64,000 bases of DNA, from contig CP128816.1 in NCBI GenBank assembly GCA_051546255.1, forward strand, positions 1,240,001 to 1,304,000, given 5' to 3'. Below, piece after piece: positions 23,401-33,574 of the stretch. The notes beneath the pieces are model-generated. The model was not told the DNA's origin, made no database searches, and saw only the letters and a program-made list of their open reading frames with translations. Within the stretch, counting starts at the first letter, position 1. Each line of letters begins with the position of its first letter. The DNA comes from Meyerozyma guilliermondii. Its lineage: Eukaryota. The translations under genes and the position numbers were made by a program.

Positions 23401-24518
23401 AACAAATCGCTCATAGCAAAAAATGGCTGCTTGAAATGATGGTAATGGGTTGTCGATTGGGAAGATGCCATGGACGGCGTAGCTGAATCTCGTTTCAAGG
23501 ACTCCTGCAGAGCATTCCTATGAAACTTATGGCCAGAGGCATCACCATAATCTGCGTTGAGCAACTGGTTGGTATTGCTGGTGTTGTTATTTGATGAAGA
23601 TGACGTTGAGTGGAGGACAACCGTAGATGCATTTTCAAGCACTTCAGGTGGGGGAACTGAAAATGTTTCAAAATTCAAATTATCATTGTTGTACTGAGTA
23701 AGGGGCATGATCTCACAGTATATGTCAAGCTGATGCGAGTAAAAGATTAAGTCACCACCCGTCGTAGATTTTGGATGCCAAACAACGTTTTCGTGGTGTT
23801 CAGAGCAGTACTTTTCAGCCATACTTTCTGCTTCTTCTACCAGAACCACATTAATGGGAGGTATACTAGGTTCTTGGTCCATAGACACCGACCCTCCGTA
23901 GGCGTGAATACTATCCAGTTGAGTCAGAATCGAACCCTTGTGTTCTGTCTCGGGTTCCTGGAAAGTTTGAAGCAGAATATTGGGGTCGTCTTCTGCAATT
24001 AAAGGTTCATCGTCTTGATGTACCTTCAGAGGCCTACGTTCCTGTTTTCCATCGGAGTGTAAGCTTGTTTCCGAGCTTGCAAAACTAACAACAGAGTTTT
24101 TTCTGGTGCTGTTATTTGGGGTGTTTTTTTCCGAGTCACCAAGGAGGTTCTTTTGGAGGAGGGAAGTGAATGATGGAATGAGCACGTTGGCAGCAGTGTT
24201 GGCAGCGGTAATTGAGTCAATTTCCTTGTTAGACTGGAGCTTGTTGAGCACCGGCTGGACATAATTTACCGACCTGACGTAATTGTGAGGAAACCATCCC
24301 CTTTGTAAATCAGCGTTATTTCCCACAATCACTCCGTCCCACCAACCGGTATCGGATTTCGAGAGCACATTGACACTGTCACCAAGGCGCAATGGCAAAT
24401 GTGACGGCTGGGTTCCGGGAAAATCGTATAATGCAATCACAGTATCTAGCTGCTTCAAATGTTGCACTTTAGTTTCTTGAGGTTGAACCTCATCGGGAGG
24501 TACTTCATCATAGGCCAT
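20469..24518 (-). CDS. CDC25: Ras guanine nucleotide exchange factor with N-terminal SH3
   Basis: SH3 (ALYDF..GWWDG..GWFPHNYV), REM (IKGGTKEAL), RasGEF (NNFSSMTAIISAL, PCVPFFGVYLSDLTF); first ATG 24518. Confidence 0.9.
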   Translation of the reverse strand: MAYDEVPPDEVQPQETKVQHLKQLDTVIALYDFPGTQPSHLPLRLGDSVNVLSKSDTGWWDGVIVGNNADLQRGWFPHNYVRSVNYVQPVLNKLQSNKEIDSITAANTAANVLIPSFTSLLQKNLLGDSEKNTPNNSTRKNSVVSFASSETSLHSDGKQERRPLKVHQDDEPLIAEDDPNILLQTFQEPETEHKGSILTQLDSIHAYGGSVSMDQEPSIPPINVVLVEEAESMAEKYCSEHHENVVWHPKSTTGGDLIFYSHQLDIYCEIMPLTQYNNDNLNFETFSVPPPEVLENASTVVLHSTSSSSNNNTSNTNQLLNADYGDASGHKFHRNALQESLKRDSATPSMASSQSTTHYHHFKQPFFAMSDLFYKHPTDLTQWSELRAQIHYILELCLKALKDYSKQLFNAHFSMLNKLVSLLASAARLQQNDFLSTKYELSLKRKLRRIVSSYAQIYINGALHLNVMHHSPHISDSQLFSNDINALNRSDANDSCKSSLSTIGNNEEGTFPLRNPSVSTITGKTYIQQIVLEVETLRYNLDNFVKIFMKITKDKRVKKSDYDGSDVSDDDGEERYDILPQLYPRFLTDEFNGGNWCNPFFATSNPVLNASGNDLKNRHHLKVLIDRDAHEKVVTQKTEAEKIANSLLEVLDPANQHMYYNKALVKERNTEILRLAYKYLFHAGLIMDVLESFDFTIFCLIRKWDTSSSPGEQEERSDKGLKDAPSEESLKDGVGEYERSGLTFDYPVVLDFFQFKQQFHDHVSKVVMTTQALTLEDPDVFRAVKEDDDLLYDRDVIKMPTERASRMLARLMTEKIEKEKGESMSLNPDTTMTKTLHGGLKLLDSMLDIVQHLIEERETILNYATRVMHDDVNMQLLVIERNNTSLSEKAEEGHSFYGSKKQTTNVPWYLEGDEEFDLLLDLKGNIKGGTKEALVAHLTHHDQTDSSFTSSFLFSFSTVTTLGELLTLMINRFNIEAPEGLSFEEYNTWISQKQAPIRLKVILVMRLLLEKYWVDSYYQEQILERWLAFAQSPAVQSLSGGKILSADIQRVLDGEKICFEREPSVVSGRPPAPLTRGSKKFKLLDIDYVELARQLTIREFKLYSKITKHACIAKVWGRKSGLSESTELITHFIKASNQLTNFVAYMILRKPDVKKRVQVIRYFVQVAEKCRQYNNFSSMTAIISALYSSSVHRLKKTWRYVSPETAMHLQSMNRLMNSSRNFNEYRDVLKFIGSEPCVPFFGVYLSDLTFVYHGNPDYLLNRTRMINFAKRSKTTEIVSGIDRFKTTAYNLQEVSEIQAYLDSWFDKCPSIDEQYQLSLNLEPRESSQGGSSGPRNQKSLLGNFVFNKL

Positions 24519-25381
24519 TGTGAAATGATTGGCCAAAGTTTTTGAGTCGAATAAATGCCGCGGCTAAGTAATATACAAGTACTTGCTCCACCGGGATCGA
24601 GGGTAACCAATCACCGACCAGACTTTGTAAGGAAGATGAAGTGCAATGATACGACAAAAATAATACAAACAGCTGTCGAGACACCTATCGCAAAAAGTTT
24701 CCGTTCATAAACCAACGTCAGAAACTATAAACGACTGAAGTGAGCGATTGGCCAACAGGTGCTGTAAATTTGGTGAACTCTTTGATGCCGCGGACCTGTA
24801 TATGGGCGGGACCAAGGTGATGGGGTGCAGATGAGCGGGGCGAGGCAGTAGAAAATGGAAGGAAAATAGAAAGTGTAATGTTGAAATGGTGATAGATTAG
24901 AGAGAGATAGCAATTTTTACTGGAATTGGCGATTTCAATGTTTCTTGTGTTTTGCCATTCTTCATCAAAAATTTCAGATTTGTCTTTCTCGCAGAAACTC
25001 AGCTTTATTTCACAGAAACGATTAAAATTTCGTAAACTAAGGAGAATATTTCCGGAGATTGCATCGCATAAACCAGCCTAGACTGCGCTTCGTTGCTTTA
25101 CTAAACGCTTATATGCACGGATATTATATGGGGAAGTCAGATCCGAACCTGAAATTGGCGTGCTAAGGCATATGTGCGCCGCAATGCCAGATCTTTTGCG
25201 GTAACTATTTTGGGCCATTTTTTGGTGCGCTGGGGGTATCGTTTCATCAATGCACCAGCCGCGGGAACCGTCTCCAGGCCACATATCTTGTATACCATCT
25301 GCTACAGGCTAGCTTAGAAAGCATATTCAAGGGCTCACGAACACAAAAACATCCACCCTACCCCTCGAAGAATCACCAGCT

Positions 25382-26302
25382 ATGTCTCTTTTCTTTCGGG
25401 CGCCTTTGGAAATCGACATTCGTTTCGATAGCGAGGAAAGCCGAAAGTATGTTGATGTCAAAACCACACAAGGAAGGCTAGAAAAGCTTCCTATATACAA
25501 GGACGGTGAAACTGTTAAGGGAAATGTCACGATACGTACGAAAGATGGACGAAAAGTTGATCATTTTGGTGTCAAAGTCCAACTATTAGGAGTGATCGAA
25601 ACCAACTCTGATGGTCTACAAGTCAGTGAGTTTCTTTCTTTGGCTACAGAACTCGCAGCTCCATCACAAATCTCGCGGCCGGAAACATATCCCTTTGAAT
25701 TCAAGAATGTCGAAAAACAGTACGAAAGTTATCGTGGTAAAAATGCCCGTTTACGATACTACGTGAAGGTGGTGGTTTCACGCAAGTCTGCATCAGAAAT
25801 AACCAGAGAGAAGGAAATGTGGGTGTACCATGACACATCAGAAGCAGAGGGTAATGGCACAAGTAGTTTGGTCGCCAACAAGGATAAACCCAAATCTACG
25901 GTGAAAATGGACGTGGGAATCGAGGACTGTCTTCACATAGAGTTCGAGTACCTGAAATCGAGATTCTCCCTTAAAGATGTGATCGTTGGACGAATCTACT
26001 TTCTTCTCGTGAGACTCAAAATCAAGCATATGGAACTCCTGTTGATACGGCGAGAAACGGTGGGTGCCCCACCCAATGCCATCACCGATAGTGAAACGTT
26101 GGTGCGGTTTGAAATTATGGACGGTGCTCCAGTAAAGGGAGAAACTATACCCATTCGGCTCTTTTTGGGAGGATTTGATTTGACCCCAACTTACCGAGAT
26201 GTTAACAAAAAGTTTTCTACCCGCACATATCTCTCACTCGTGCTCATTGACGAAGATGCCCGGCGCTACTTTAAACAGAGCGAGATCATTTTGTATAGAT
26301 AA
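25382..26302 (+). CDS. VPS26: Retromer subunit Vps26/Pep8
   Basis: FKNVEKQYESYRG, KMDVGIEDCLHIEFEY, EIMDGAPVKGETIPIRLFL, RRYFKQSEI. Confidence 0.96.
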   Translation: MSLFFRAPLEIDIRFDSEESRKYVDVKTTQGRLEKLPIYKDGETVKGNVTIRTKDGRKVDHFGVKVQLLGVIETNSDGLQVSEFLSLATELAAPSQISRPETYPFEFKNVEKQYESYRGKNARLRYYVKVVVSRKSASEITREKEMWVYHDTSEAEGNGTSSLVANKDKPKSTVKMDVGIEDCLHIEFEYLKSRFSLKDVIVGRIYFLLVRLKIKHMELLLIRRETVGAPPNAITDSETLVRFEIMDGAPVKGETIPIRLFLGGFDLTPTYRDVNKKFSTRTYLSLVLIDEDARRYFKQSEIILYR

Positions 26303-26435
26303 CCATGGGCTGGCCATAAGTTTGCACCCATCGATAGCGAAGTCTCATCCACACACCCACACATAGAGCATCTTCGCACCAAAGTTGGTACAAGCTACTG
26401 TAGTTTTCACAGCCACATCTTCCTCACAGTAGTCT

Positions 26436-27719
26436 ATGTCTTCGTGGCCTGAAGCTGCTGGGGGCAGAAACGGACACGAGGCGCTCGTGACAAATACTGA
26501 ACCGTCTATAACGCGACATAGTTTGCAACTAAATTCTGAGGAAAATGGGACTCAATTGGGTGGCACGAATCCTGGCTTTATGTCCACAAATAACCAAAAA
26601 GTGTCCTTGTCAACGGCAGGTATCCGAGCGCTTATTTACCAGCTTCAAACTCTTTATATGAGAACTCCAGTCAAACTTTTCAGGCCATCTCGTTTCGACT
26701 ATATGGCCTATGTTAGACAAGTGGCCGATAAGCACGATAATATATCCCAAAAACCATATCGTTTCAGGACCCATTCCACCATAGGAATGCTAGTTAATGT
26801 GGTTCGAAAAGAAGGTTGGAAGTTCATTCCCGACCAAGTGCTTCCTCCTCTTTTAGCAAATTCCGCTACTGGTCTTATTCTCTATGGAACATATTTGACG
26901 GCCCTAGATTCGTTTGCCGATAAAAGTCAGAAACCCACTTCACAATTCACTGCTTTAGATACGTGGAGAGCCGGGTTCATAGCTGGTGCTGCCCAATCTC
27001 TTGCTGCTGCCCCGGTGGACGCTATTTACGCCCGACTGTCGGCCGCAGAAATGCTCAATGGATCTCATCAAAACTTGTGGCAGTATGGGCTTTTCAAACT
27101 ACGAGAAGTTGGTCTTGTGGGAGTGTTTGCTGGCTACGGGTTCTCACTCGTAAAAGAGAGTATTGGTTTTGCATTTTACTTTTCCACCTTCGAAGTGGTC
27201 AAGACTCAAGGTTACAATTTAACCTATAGAATGATTTCAAATTATAGACGAACGAAGCAGTATCTCAGCAGCAGGCTCTCGTTTTTTACAGGAGGAGAAC
27301 AAAAGGAAATTGACGAAGACCTCGTCAGACTCGAACGTACTAGGCTGACGAAAATCCTCAAGTCTTCTTTTGTGCTTTTAGCTGGAGCATCGGCAGCATT
27401 TTCCCTTTTGGCTGTCCAGTATCCCTTAAGCAAGATCCAAAGTGTACATCTATCACGTTTGGAGGCTCTCGACGTCTACAATGCCTCACGAAAATCTAAT
27501 CGACCATTCATAACCCTCTACTACAACTCATATATCGATACCTATCATCAGGTGGTCAAGATAAAGAAAAAGTCCAAAATGACGTGGATGCAGCTTGGAT
27601 ACCGAGGATTCATTCGCAATGCATTAACCACTATACCTGCTACCTCGGTGGGTCTTCTCGTATTTGAGATAATGCGAACTAAATTGGGTGACGATATGAT
27701 GGTACTTGGCCCCGAGTGA
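26436..27719 (+). CDS. Divergent mitochondrial carrier-like membrane protein
   Basis: AGFIAGAAQSLAAAPVDAIYAR (PxD signature), GxxGVFAGY, YRGF..NALTTIPA; other repeats degenerate; start could be a later ATG. Confidence 0.7.
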   Translation: MSSWPEAAGGRNGHEALVTNTEPSITRHSLQLNSEENGTQLGGTNPGFMSTNNQKVSLSTAGIRALIYQLQTLYMRTPVKLFRPSRFDYMAYVRQVADKHDNISQKPYRFRTHSTIGMLVNVVRKEGWKFIPDQVLPPLLANSATGLILYGTYLTALDSFADKSQKPTSQFTALDTWRAGFIAGAAQSLAAAPVDAIYARLSAAEMLNGSHQNLWQYGLFKLREVGLVGVFAGYGFSLVKESIGFAFYFSTFEVVKTQGYNLTYRMISNYRRTKQYLSSRLSFFTGGEQKEIDEDLVRLERTRLTKILKSSFVLLAGASAAFSLLAVQYPLSKIQSVHLSRLEALDVYNASRKSNRPFITLYYNSYIDTYHQVVKIKKKSKMTWMQLGYRGFIRNALTTIPATSVGLLVFEIMRTKLGDDMMVLGPE

Positions 27720-27828
27720 CACTGTGAATCTGGCGACTTAGTTCTAATGTACTTTGGGCTTTTTTTCTTGAGGGGTCCAACCTTATACTCATAGCATCTT
27801 GTATATACCTTATTTATTATGGAAATAT

Positions 27829-28629
27829 CTATTCTTTGGTCCGGCTCTGGTATGCTTTCCATCCCGCATCTCTATATCTCTTTCCTTCAACTTCAGGGTC
27901 TCTTCCCTTTCCAAAGAGCCCCCTGCCCACAATGATGATGTCTGTTCCAGTGGACACTACTTCGTCTACCGTTCTATATTGTTGACCAAGTCCATCTCCT
28001 TTGTCATCCAAACCAACTCCTGGAGTCATTATGAGCCAATCATACCCTTCATCGGCACCACCCATTTCTCTTTGGGCAATAAAACCAATAACAAATTCCT
28101 TGTCTGATTTGGCAATTTCCACTGTCTTTTCGGTATATTCTCCATATGCTAATGAACCTTTAGATGATAATTCAGCAAGCATTAAAAGTCCTCTAGGTTC
28201 TTCAGTAACTTCCTTGGCACCTTCTTTCAATCCCTGTACAACTCCAGCACCGGTTATCCCATGCGCATTGGTAATATCGGCCCATTGAGCTATCTTATAA
28301 ACACCACCTTTGTACTGAGATTTCACAGTATTTCCTATATCAGCAAACTTTCTATCTTCAAAAATCATAAAATTGTGCTTTTTGGAAAGTTCAAGGAGTG
28401 GAACGATCGTGCCTTCATAAGAGAAATCATCAATGATATCTATATGGGTTTTTACCAAACAAATGTAGGGTCCTAATTTGTCGATTAACGATAAAAATTC
28501 GCTCGAAGTCTGAACATCTACCAGGGCACAGAGGTTCGTTTTCTTCTGGTCCATGAGACGCAAAAGCTTCTGCGCAACTGGCGAGCCATGCTTGTCCGCT
28601 CTACTGGTATAGCTCTCACTAGTTACCAT
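27829..28629 (-). CDS. URA3: Orotidine-5'-phosphate decarboxylase
   Basis: [44 protein letters not shown]. Confidence 0.98.
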   Translation of the reverse strand: MVTSESYTSRADKHGSPVAQKLLRLMDQKKTNLCALVDVQTSSEFLSLIDKLGPYICLVKTHIDIIDDFSYEGTIVPLLELSKKHNFMIFEDRKFADIGNTVKSQYKGGVYKIAQWADITNAHGITGAGVVQGLKEGAKEVTEEPRGLLMLAELSSKGSLAYGEYTEKTVEIAKSDKEFVIGFIAQREMGGADEGYDWLIMTPGVGLDDKGDGLGQQYRTVDEVVSTGTDIIIVGRGLFGKGRDPEVEGKRYRDAGWKAYQSRTKE

Positions 28630-28713
28630 TTATTAGCCGTGTCTAAAATGTGAAAAATTGAAATCGCAAACTTGATGTTTGGATGTATGGATCTAAGAAG
28701 AATGATGATGATC

Positions 28714-31700
28714 CTACTCTGTGGGGGCAGAGGTGACCCCATCTTCTTTTGCCGGAGCTGGTTCGCTTGTCTCTATTTTCTCTGTCACCTCCGGAGTTTT
28801 TACTTCTTCACGAAGCTCAGGGAATATACCGTCGATTTTGGACCAGGTTTCGTTCCAAAGGGCTTCATTTCTTGGAACCAATACATCTGCACTGTTGAGA
28901 ACCAACACCATATTCTTCAAAACCTCCGAGCCTGATTCCCTTAAGGGCTCCTTGTTTTTAGAAAACTTACTTTCAAGATTCTGCAATGCAATGAACCCAT
29001 CCAAAATCCTGAGCCAAACCTTTTCGAGTTCTTCGCCAGAGAAAGTGTTGTAATACTTTAGGAAAACCTTCCCCACTAACGAAAGTACTTCTGCGTGAGT
29101 TCTCAGGAATCCATTAGGGTCTGTTTGCAAGACTTCTGGCTTGGAAAGTTCGGTCAAAAGCGGGAAAAGTCCAAACTCAAATACACCAAGTGGAGTTATA
29201 CCGTCATAAGCAGACTCTGCGGTCATAATTATAGGTTGCGATGTGGTAAGTGCGTAGGATCTTATCTCTCGGCATGGGTTGAAGCATTGATGAGCGAGGG
29301 CTTGAATCAATGAATAACCAAATTCTTTGTTCTTGAGTTCCTTTTCGGTGATGGACTTTATAGATGCCAATTCAGCAGTAAGTGAAATGGACTTCTTGGA
29401 AACCTCCAAAATCTCTAATACCAACTCACTCTCCTTTTCTGTTTCTTCCCCTGCCTTTACGCGCCTTTCATTTTCTTGCTCGAGCCTTGAACCCGCAGCC
29501 CCTAGAGATGATAGTTCGTCTAGAAGAGCCAAAAAGGGCATGTAGTTCTTCGAATTGACACCAGAGATGTTCAGTTTAACAAGTGACAGCGCATATTCAA
29601 ATACCTCTTTAGAATGAACAGGAATCGAACCGTATGATCTCAATAGCTTCCAGAAATCTTCATCGCCCATTAAGCTGTCTTTGAACATTGTATCGTCATC
29701 CACAAGCGAAAGAAGTGGCTTTAACGCTTGGGATCCATGTTTGCTGATCGTTTCCTTTTCCAAACTGAGCATCTTTTGGATCGTTGATGTCAAGATAGGT
29801 GAAGAGTCAAGATTGTTGCTTTTGCGCAAAAGCAAAAATGTGTAGCTGCAGAGTCTTAAAACACCCTTTTTGCTGAATTCTTTAAAGTCCTTCATCTCGC
29901 TCACCTGTGAAAGTACATCATTGATAACTTCTTGATCATCCAGCAATAACAGGAAACACACCGAAATTTCGAAAATGAACAAAACTTCTGGCTCGTAATA
30001 ACGCTTTGACTCCGAATCAAAGTCAGGAATATTATCAAGGCAAAAGTACACAAGCTTTTTGAGATCTTCGATGTCCCCCTTTGCAACAGTCTCAAGAACT
30101 GCTGGTATGTTAAGAGAATTAATGCAATCAATGGTCGAAAGGGTCGATTCGATCTCTTGATCACTTGGTTCTGGCGGATCATCTGAGTACCCTTTCAAAA
30201 ACGATGAAAATGTGGAGAAAATACCCGAGTTATTCAAAGGCTTTACCCGATTAATGATGTATTTCGGCTTAACCTTAGGCAAAGGTGTCAAATTAACCTT
30301 GCGTTGGAAGTCAACAAATAAATTAGGGTCAAGCAAACAATTTTCAAGAATCGTGAGTATCACTTTGACAACCTTTGTCCATGAATCAGTCACTTTGCAA
30401 CCAGTCTTCTTGACCAATCTGAACAAGACAACGGTGGAAATTTGGGCCTTAAAGTCTCTTCCAAAGAAAACAGCCATCTCGCTGACAGTGATGGGGTTGT
30501 CTTTTTTGTCAATCTTTAGTTGTGTGATCGGAATATCTTCTCTCATGTTTTCGTCCAAATTTCCGATACGATACTGCTTTTTTGTAAGAAGCGTCAGCTC
30601 TGCCAACAAACCAATCAATGTATCGATAGCCTCAGTGTGATCACTATACATACAGATATTGGCACATTTATCAATTGATGCCATGAGCCGGGTGATAACA
30701 TGATCATCGGAAGCACTGTTGAAAACACTCACGAGAGTGTGAATAATCTTTTCCATCGCATTTTGAAATAAGTATTGATCAAATTGACAAATTTGAAGGA
30801 GATCATATTTGTTGGAAGAGCCAACCGTATTCTCTCCAGATTGATTTGAATGTTGGATATCCAATGAAGCCGATGGTCTTGCCTGAGTTGCAATCATATT
30901 ATTCCACGCATCGTCAAACCACTTGTCGGTTCCATGATGTTCTTCAGGCATGATGATTTCCCTGTCTTTGATAGAGTTGTAAATCTTTGATAAATACCAA
31001 GGAGGAAAGTTTCCACCATAATAAAAACCACGCAAATTAGTCTTGTAGGCATCAAAGTCCATTTGCTTCTTGATCTTTGAGCTGTGAAGGTCTGTGTTCA
31101 ATAAAATGATAGAGAAAGAAAGAATGAAGACTGCATCTCTTGTGGGGTAAACAGGTTCCTCTTCATCACTCAATGCGATATCTTTACCTTCTTCCTTTTC
31201 ATCTTTGCCGTACTTTTCGTTTCGTTGTTCGCATTCGGCTTCCAAGCATGACACATATCTATCAGCAAAGCACTCGACTACCCGGTCAATTTGCTGTGCT
31301 TCACCTGGAAGTCTGAAAGCTTTCAATAACATACGCAATGCTTCATCCGGTCTTGATCCACTGAAATCAAAACGATTTATGAATGCCTTCAACACTTCTA
31401 TGTTCTCTGGTTTGGCGAGATATTCGCCCAACGTTTTTTTGTTAAGCCTTCCAGATCTTTCAAAGAAAAAGGCAGCTAAGGAATCAGGATCGTTGGCGTC
31501 CTTGATAAAGCCCTTCTCGGCCAATTGCTTAATACCTTCTTTTGGTTTCACATTGAATTTATCAGTGCACTTTATAAAAGATGTTTTCATCTCTTTGTTT
31601 TTGATAAAGTCATGAATAGGAAGGTTGTCCAAATCTTGCCCATCTGGAAGCTGTTTTATTCTCTCGTTCACGCCTCCGATAAAAGTCAAGATTCCTTCCA

Positions 31701-33279
31701 AACAGAGCGGAGGTACATTATCTGTCGTAGCAATTGCAGATTCAGGAAGCGACAAGTTGCATAAAAAGTTCAAAAACAGCAAGGCCAAATCGGAGCGTTC
31801 AAAGTTACAGTCAAAGTCGATGAACAAATTCGTGAAAAACAAAGGTGATCTCGTCCACAAAAGGGAAAGAGATTCAACAAGTCTTTCTTTGGATGCTGCT
31901 GAACGCGAAGTGATAGATGAATCATTTGATTTGACCACACTCAGGTTAGATTGATTGCTCTTCTGTTTCTCTGGAATCGATTTCGTTTCGGCTTCTGGAA
32001 GTATAGTACGGAACAAAAGTGTAAGTGTAAGTTCTAGCTGTGCCTTCAAATGGTCACCCAAAACGATGGCCATTGTTGTGAAAAGTTGCAAAGCGGCCTC
32101 TAATAATGGTGGAGACTCGGTAGTGGTGATGATCTGTAAAACGTGCTTAGCTACCGAGTCGGAAACAAGCACCATCAATGGCGAGTGACGAGGGATATCT
32201 CTTCCGGATACCTCAATGGCATTGTTAATGAGAACGAGCGCAAATACTCGAGTAGACTCCATATGCTGATATTGATTAGATGGAGCAATCATAGAGATCA
32301 AGATTGACATGAGCTCAGTAATACAATGGAGGCCAAATGGTTCCACTGATTCTGCCTCTACCTCTGTACCAGTCTTTGGAGGCTCCTTGTTCTCTGGGAT
32401 TTCGGCTGAATTTTCGTGTTCCTTGGCATCACTTTCAGGTTCTTCTTTGGAATCTTTTGTACTCAAAGCTGGGGTTTGCTCTCTTGTTGAAGGTCCACCC
32501 GCACCAATGACATCCTCGGGCAATTTTGTTGCGTCAAAAGAGCTAGGGATCTCGTCTTCAGTTTGATGTTTTGGAGGCTCGATGATCCTCAACTGGCTAA
32601 AAATACGCAAAGTCATCAGTGCCATGGTCATCTCCGCCGCTCTTCGCAAGACCTCACTTCTCTTTTTATTACATGCTAGGGACAAGCAAGTCTGTACCAC
32701 TTCCGATACTATTTCGTTGGGAAGTAAATTGGACAATGGCGATTCCAAGATCAGTTCAAGAAGACGAAGTACCTTGAGGAGGACTGCATCATCTGAGTTT
32801 TGATCCGCGGCTTCAAATCGACAATGGGTTAACGATGTCACTATCTGAACCATGGCATTTTGGACATTTTTCAGGTGAATATTGATGATATCGTAGCGAA
32901 TAAATTTTTGGAGCGAGCTGAGCGCCAATGCAGTTATACGTCCAGATGTTGAAGAGGACTTGATCACCATGAGGAACGGTTGAAGAAGGGTCAAACTGTC
33001 GAGTTTGCACACATCCTGAGAGTCTGTGAGCATGGAACGAAGCTGAATAAACGACGATAAGAGGGGATTGTCATTGGACACCGCATGTCTCGAACCAGAA
33101 GAGCCAAATCCAATTCCTCTGGTTATGGCTTCATCGTCAACAAAAAGATCGCCAGCTCCCAAGATGGCGGCCATTCCTGTCTGGGACCACAAGGATACCT
33201 TTCTCATGGCCAGGGAAATCGTCATACACTCACTGATCATGAGTGTTACTGGGTCTACTGACGACGATAGAACACTCAT
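28714..33279 (-). CDS. GEA2: Gea1/Gea2-type (GBF1) Sec7-domain ARF GEF
   Basis: Sec7 FRLPGEAQQIDR and ILLNTDLH; DCB/HUS-like N-terminus; flanked by URA3 and CPR7. Confidence 0.93.
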   Translation of the reverse strand: MSVLSSSVDPVTLMISECMTISLAMRKVSLWSQTGMAAILGAGDLFVDDEAITRGIGFGSSGSRHAVSNDNPLLSSFIQLRSMLTDSQDVCKLDSLTLLQPFLMVIKSSSTSGRITALALSSLQKFIRYDIINIHLKNVQNAMVQIVTSLTHCRFEAADQNSDDAVLLKVLRLLELILESPLSNLLPNEIVSEVVQTCLSLACNKKRSEVLRRAAEMTMALMTLRIFSQLRIIEPPKHQTEDEIPSSFDATKLPEDVIGAGGPSTREQTPALSTKDSKEEPESDAKEHENSAEIPENKEPPKTGTEVEAESVEPFGLHCITELMSILISMIAPSNQYQHMESTRVFALVLINNAIEVSGRDIPRHSPLMVLVSDSVAKHVLQIITTTESPPLLEAALQLFTTMAIVLGDHLKAQLELTLTLLFRTILPEAETKSIPEKQKSNQSNLSVVKSNDSSITSRSAASKERLVESLSLLWTRSPLFFTNLFIDFDCNFERSDLALLFLNFLCNLSLPESAIATTDNVPPLCLEGILTFIGGVNERIKQLPDGQDLDNLPIHDFIKNKEMKTSFIKCTDKFNVKPKEGIKQLAEKGFIKDANDPDSLAAFFFERSGRLNKKTLGEYLAKPENIEVLKAFINRFDFSGSRPDEALRMLLKAFRLPGEAQQIDRVVECFADRYVSCLEAECEQRNEKYGKDEKEEGKDIALSDEEEPVYPTRDAVFILSFSIILLNTDLHSSKIKKQMDFDAYKTNLRGFYYGGNFPPWYLSKIYNSIKDREIIMPEEHHGTDKWFDDAWNNMIATQARPSASLDIQHSNQSGENTVGSSNKYDLLQICQFDQYLFQNAMEKIIHTLVSVFNSASDDHVITRLMASIDKCANICMYSDHTEAIDTLIGLLAELTLLTKKQYRIGNLDENMREDIPITQLKIDKKDNPITVSEMAVFFGRDFKAQISTVVLFRLVKKTGCKVTDSWTKVVKVILTILENCLLDPNLFVDFQRKVNLTPLPKVKPKYIINRVKPLNNSGIFSTFSSFLKGYSDDPPEPSDQEIESTLSTIDCINSLNIPAVLETVAKGDIEDLKKLVYFCLDNIPDFDSESKRYYEPEVLFIFEISVCFLLLLDDQEVINDVLSQVSEMKDFKEFSKKGVLRLCSYTFLLLRKSNNLDSSPILTSTIQKMLSLEKETISKHGSQALKPLLSLVDDDTMFKDSLMGDEDFWKLLRSYGSIPVHSKEVFEYALSLVKLNISGVNSKNYMPFLALLDELSSLGAAGSRLEQENERRVKAGEETEKESELVLEILEVSKKSISLTAELASIKSITEKELKNKEFGYSLIQALAHQCFNPCREIRSYALTTSQPIIMTAESAYDGITPLGVFEFGLFPLLTELSKPEVLQTDPNGFLRTHAEVLSLVGKVFLKYYNTFSGEELEKVWLRILDGFIALQNLESKFSKNKEPLRESGSEVLKNMVLVLNSADVLVPRNEALWNETWSKIDGIFPELREEVKTPEVTEKIETSEPAPAKEDGVTSAPTE

Positions 33280-33574
33280 TGTCGTTTATGAGGAATTTCT
33301 AGGCAACAAAAACGGGCAGCTGTAGTGGATTGGGGCGTGAAGGGCTGTAATCAGGGAATATATCGAGTGAAACTAGGATAAATACTATTGGAAAACGTCA
33401 CCACGATAAGGTGTTGTTGAAGAAGGCACGACTGAGATCGCGTTGTTGACAGGGAGTGCACACAAGACAATGACTTCGATGGGTAGTGGTCAGATGGTTG
33501 ATTGATCTGCGAACAAAAACCATATGGAATGAATGAATGTCTTTTTAAATGAAGGTATTTACATGCTATATACA

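Noticed and set aside
20469..24518. BUD5 as an alternative identity for the SH3-RasGEF
   Set aside because: The REM region and adjacency to IMH1 fit Cdc25 better
25105..25280. U4 snRNA-like fragments (TATGCACGG, ACCGTCTCC) and an Sm-like ATTTTTTG
   Set aside because: Order and spacing are wrong and the U6-pairing and kink-turn segments are missing; more likely VPS26/CDC25 promoter sequence
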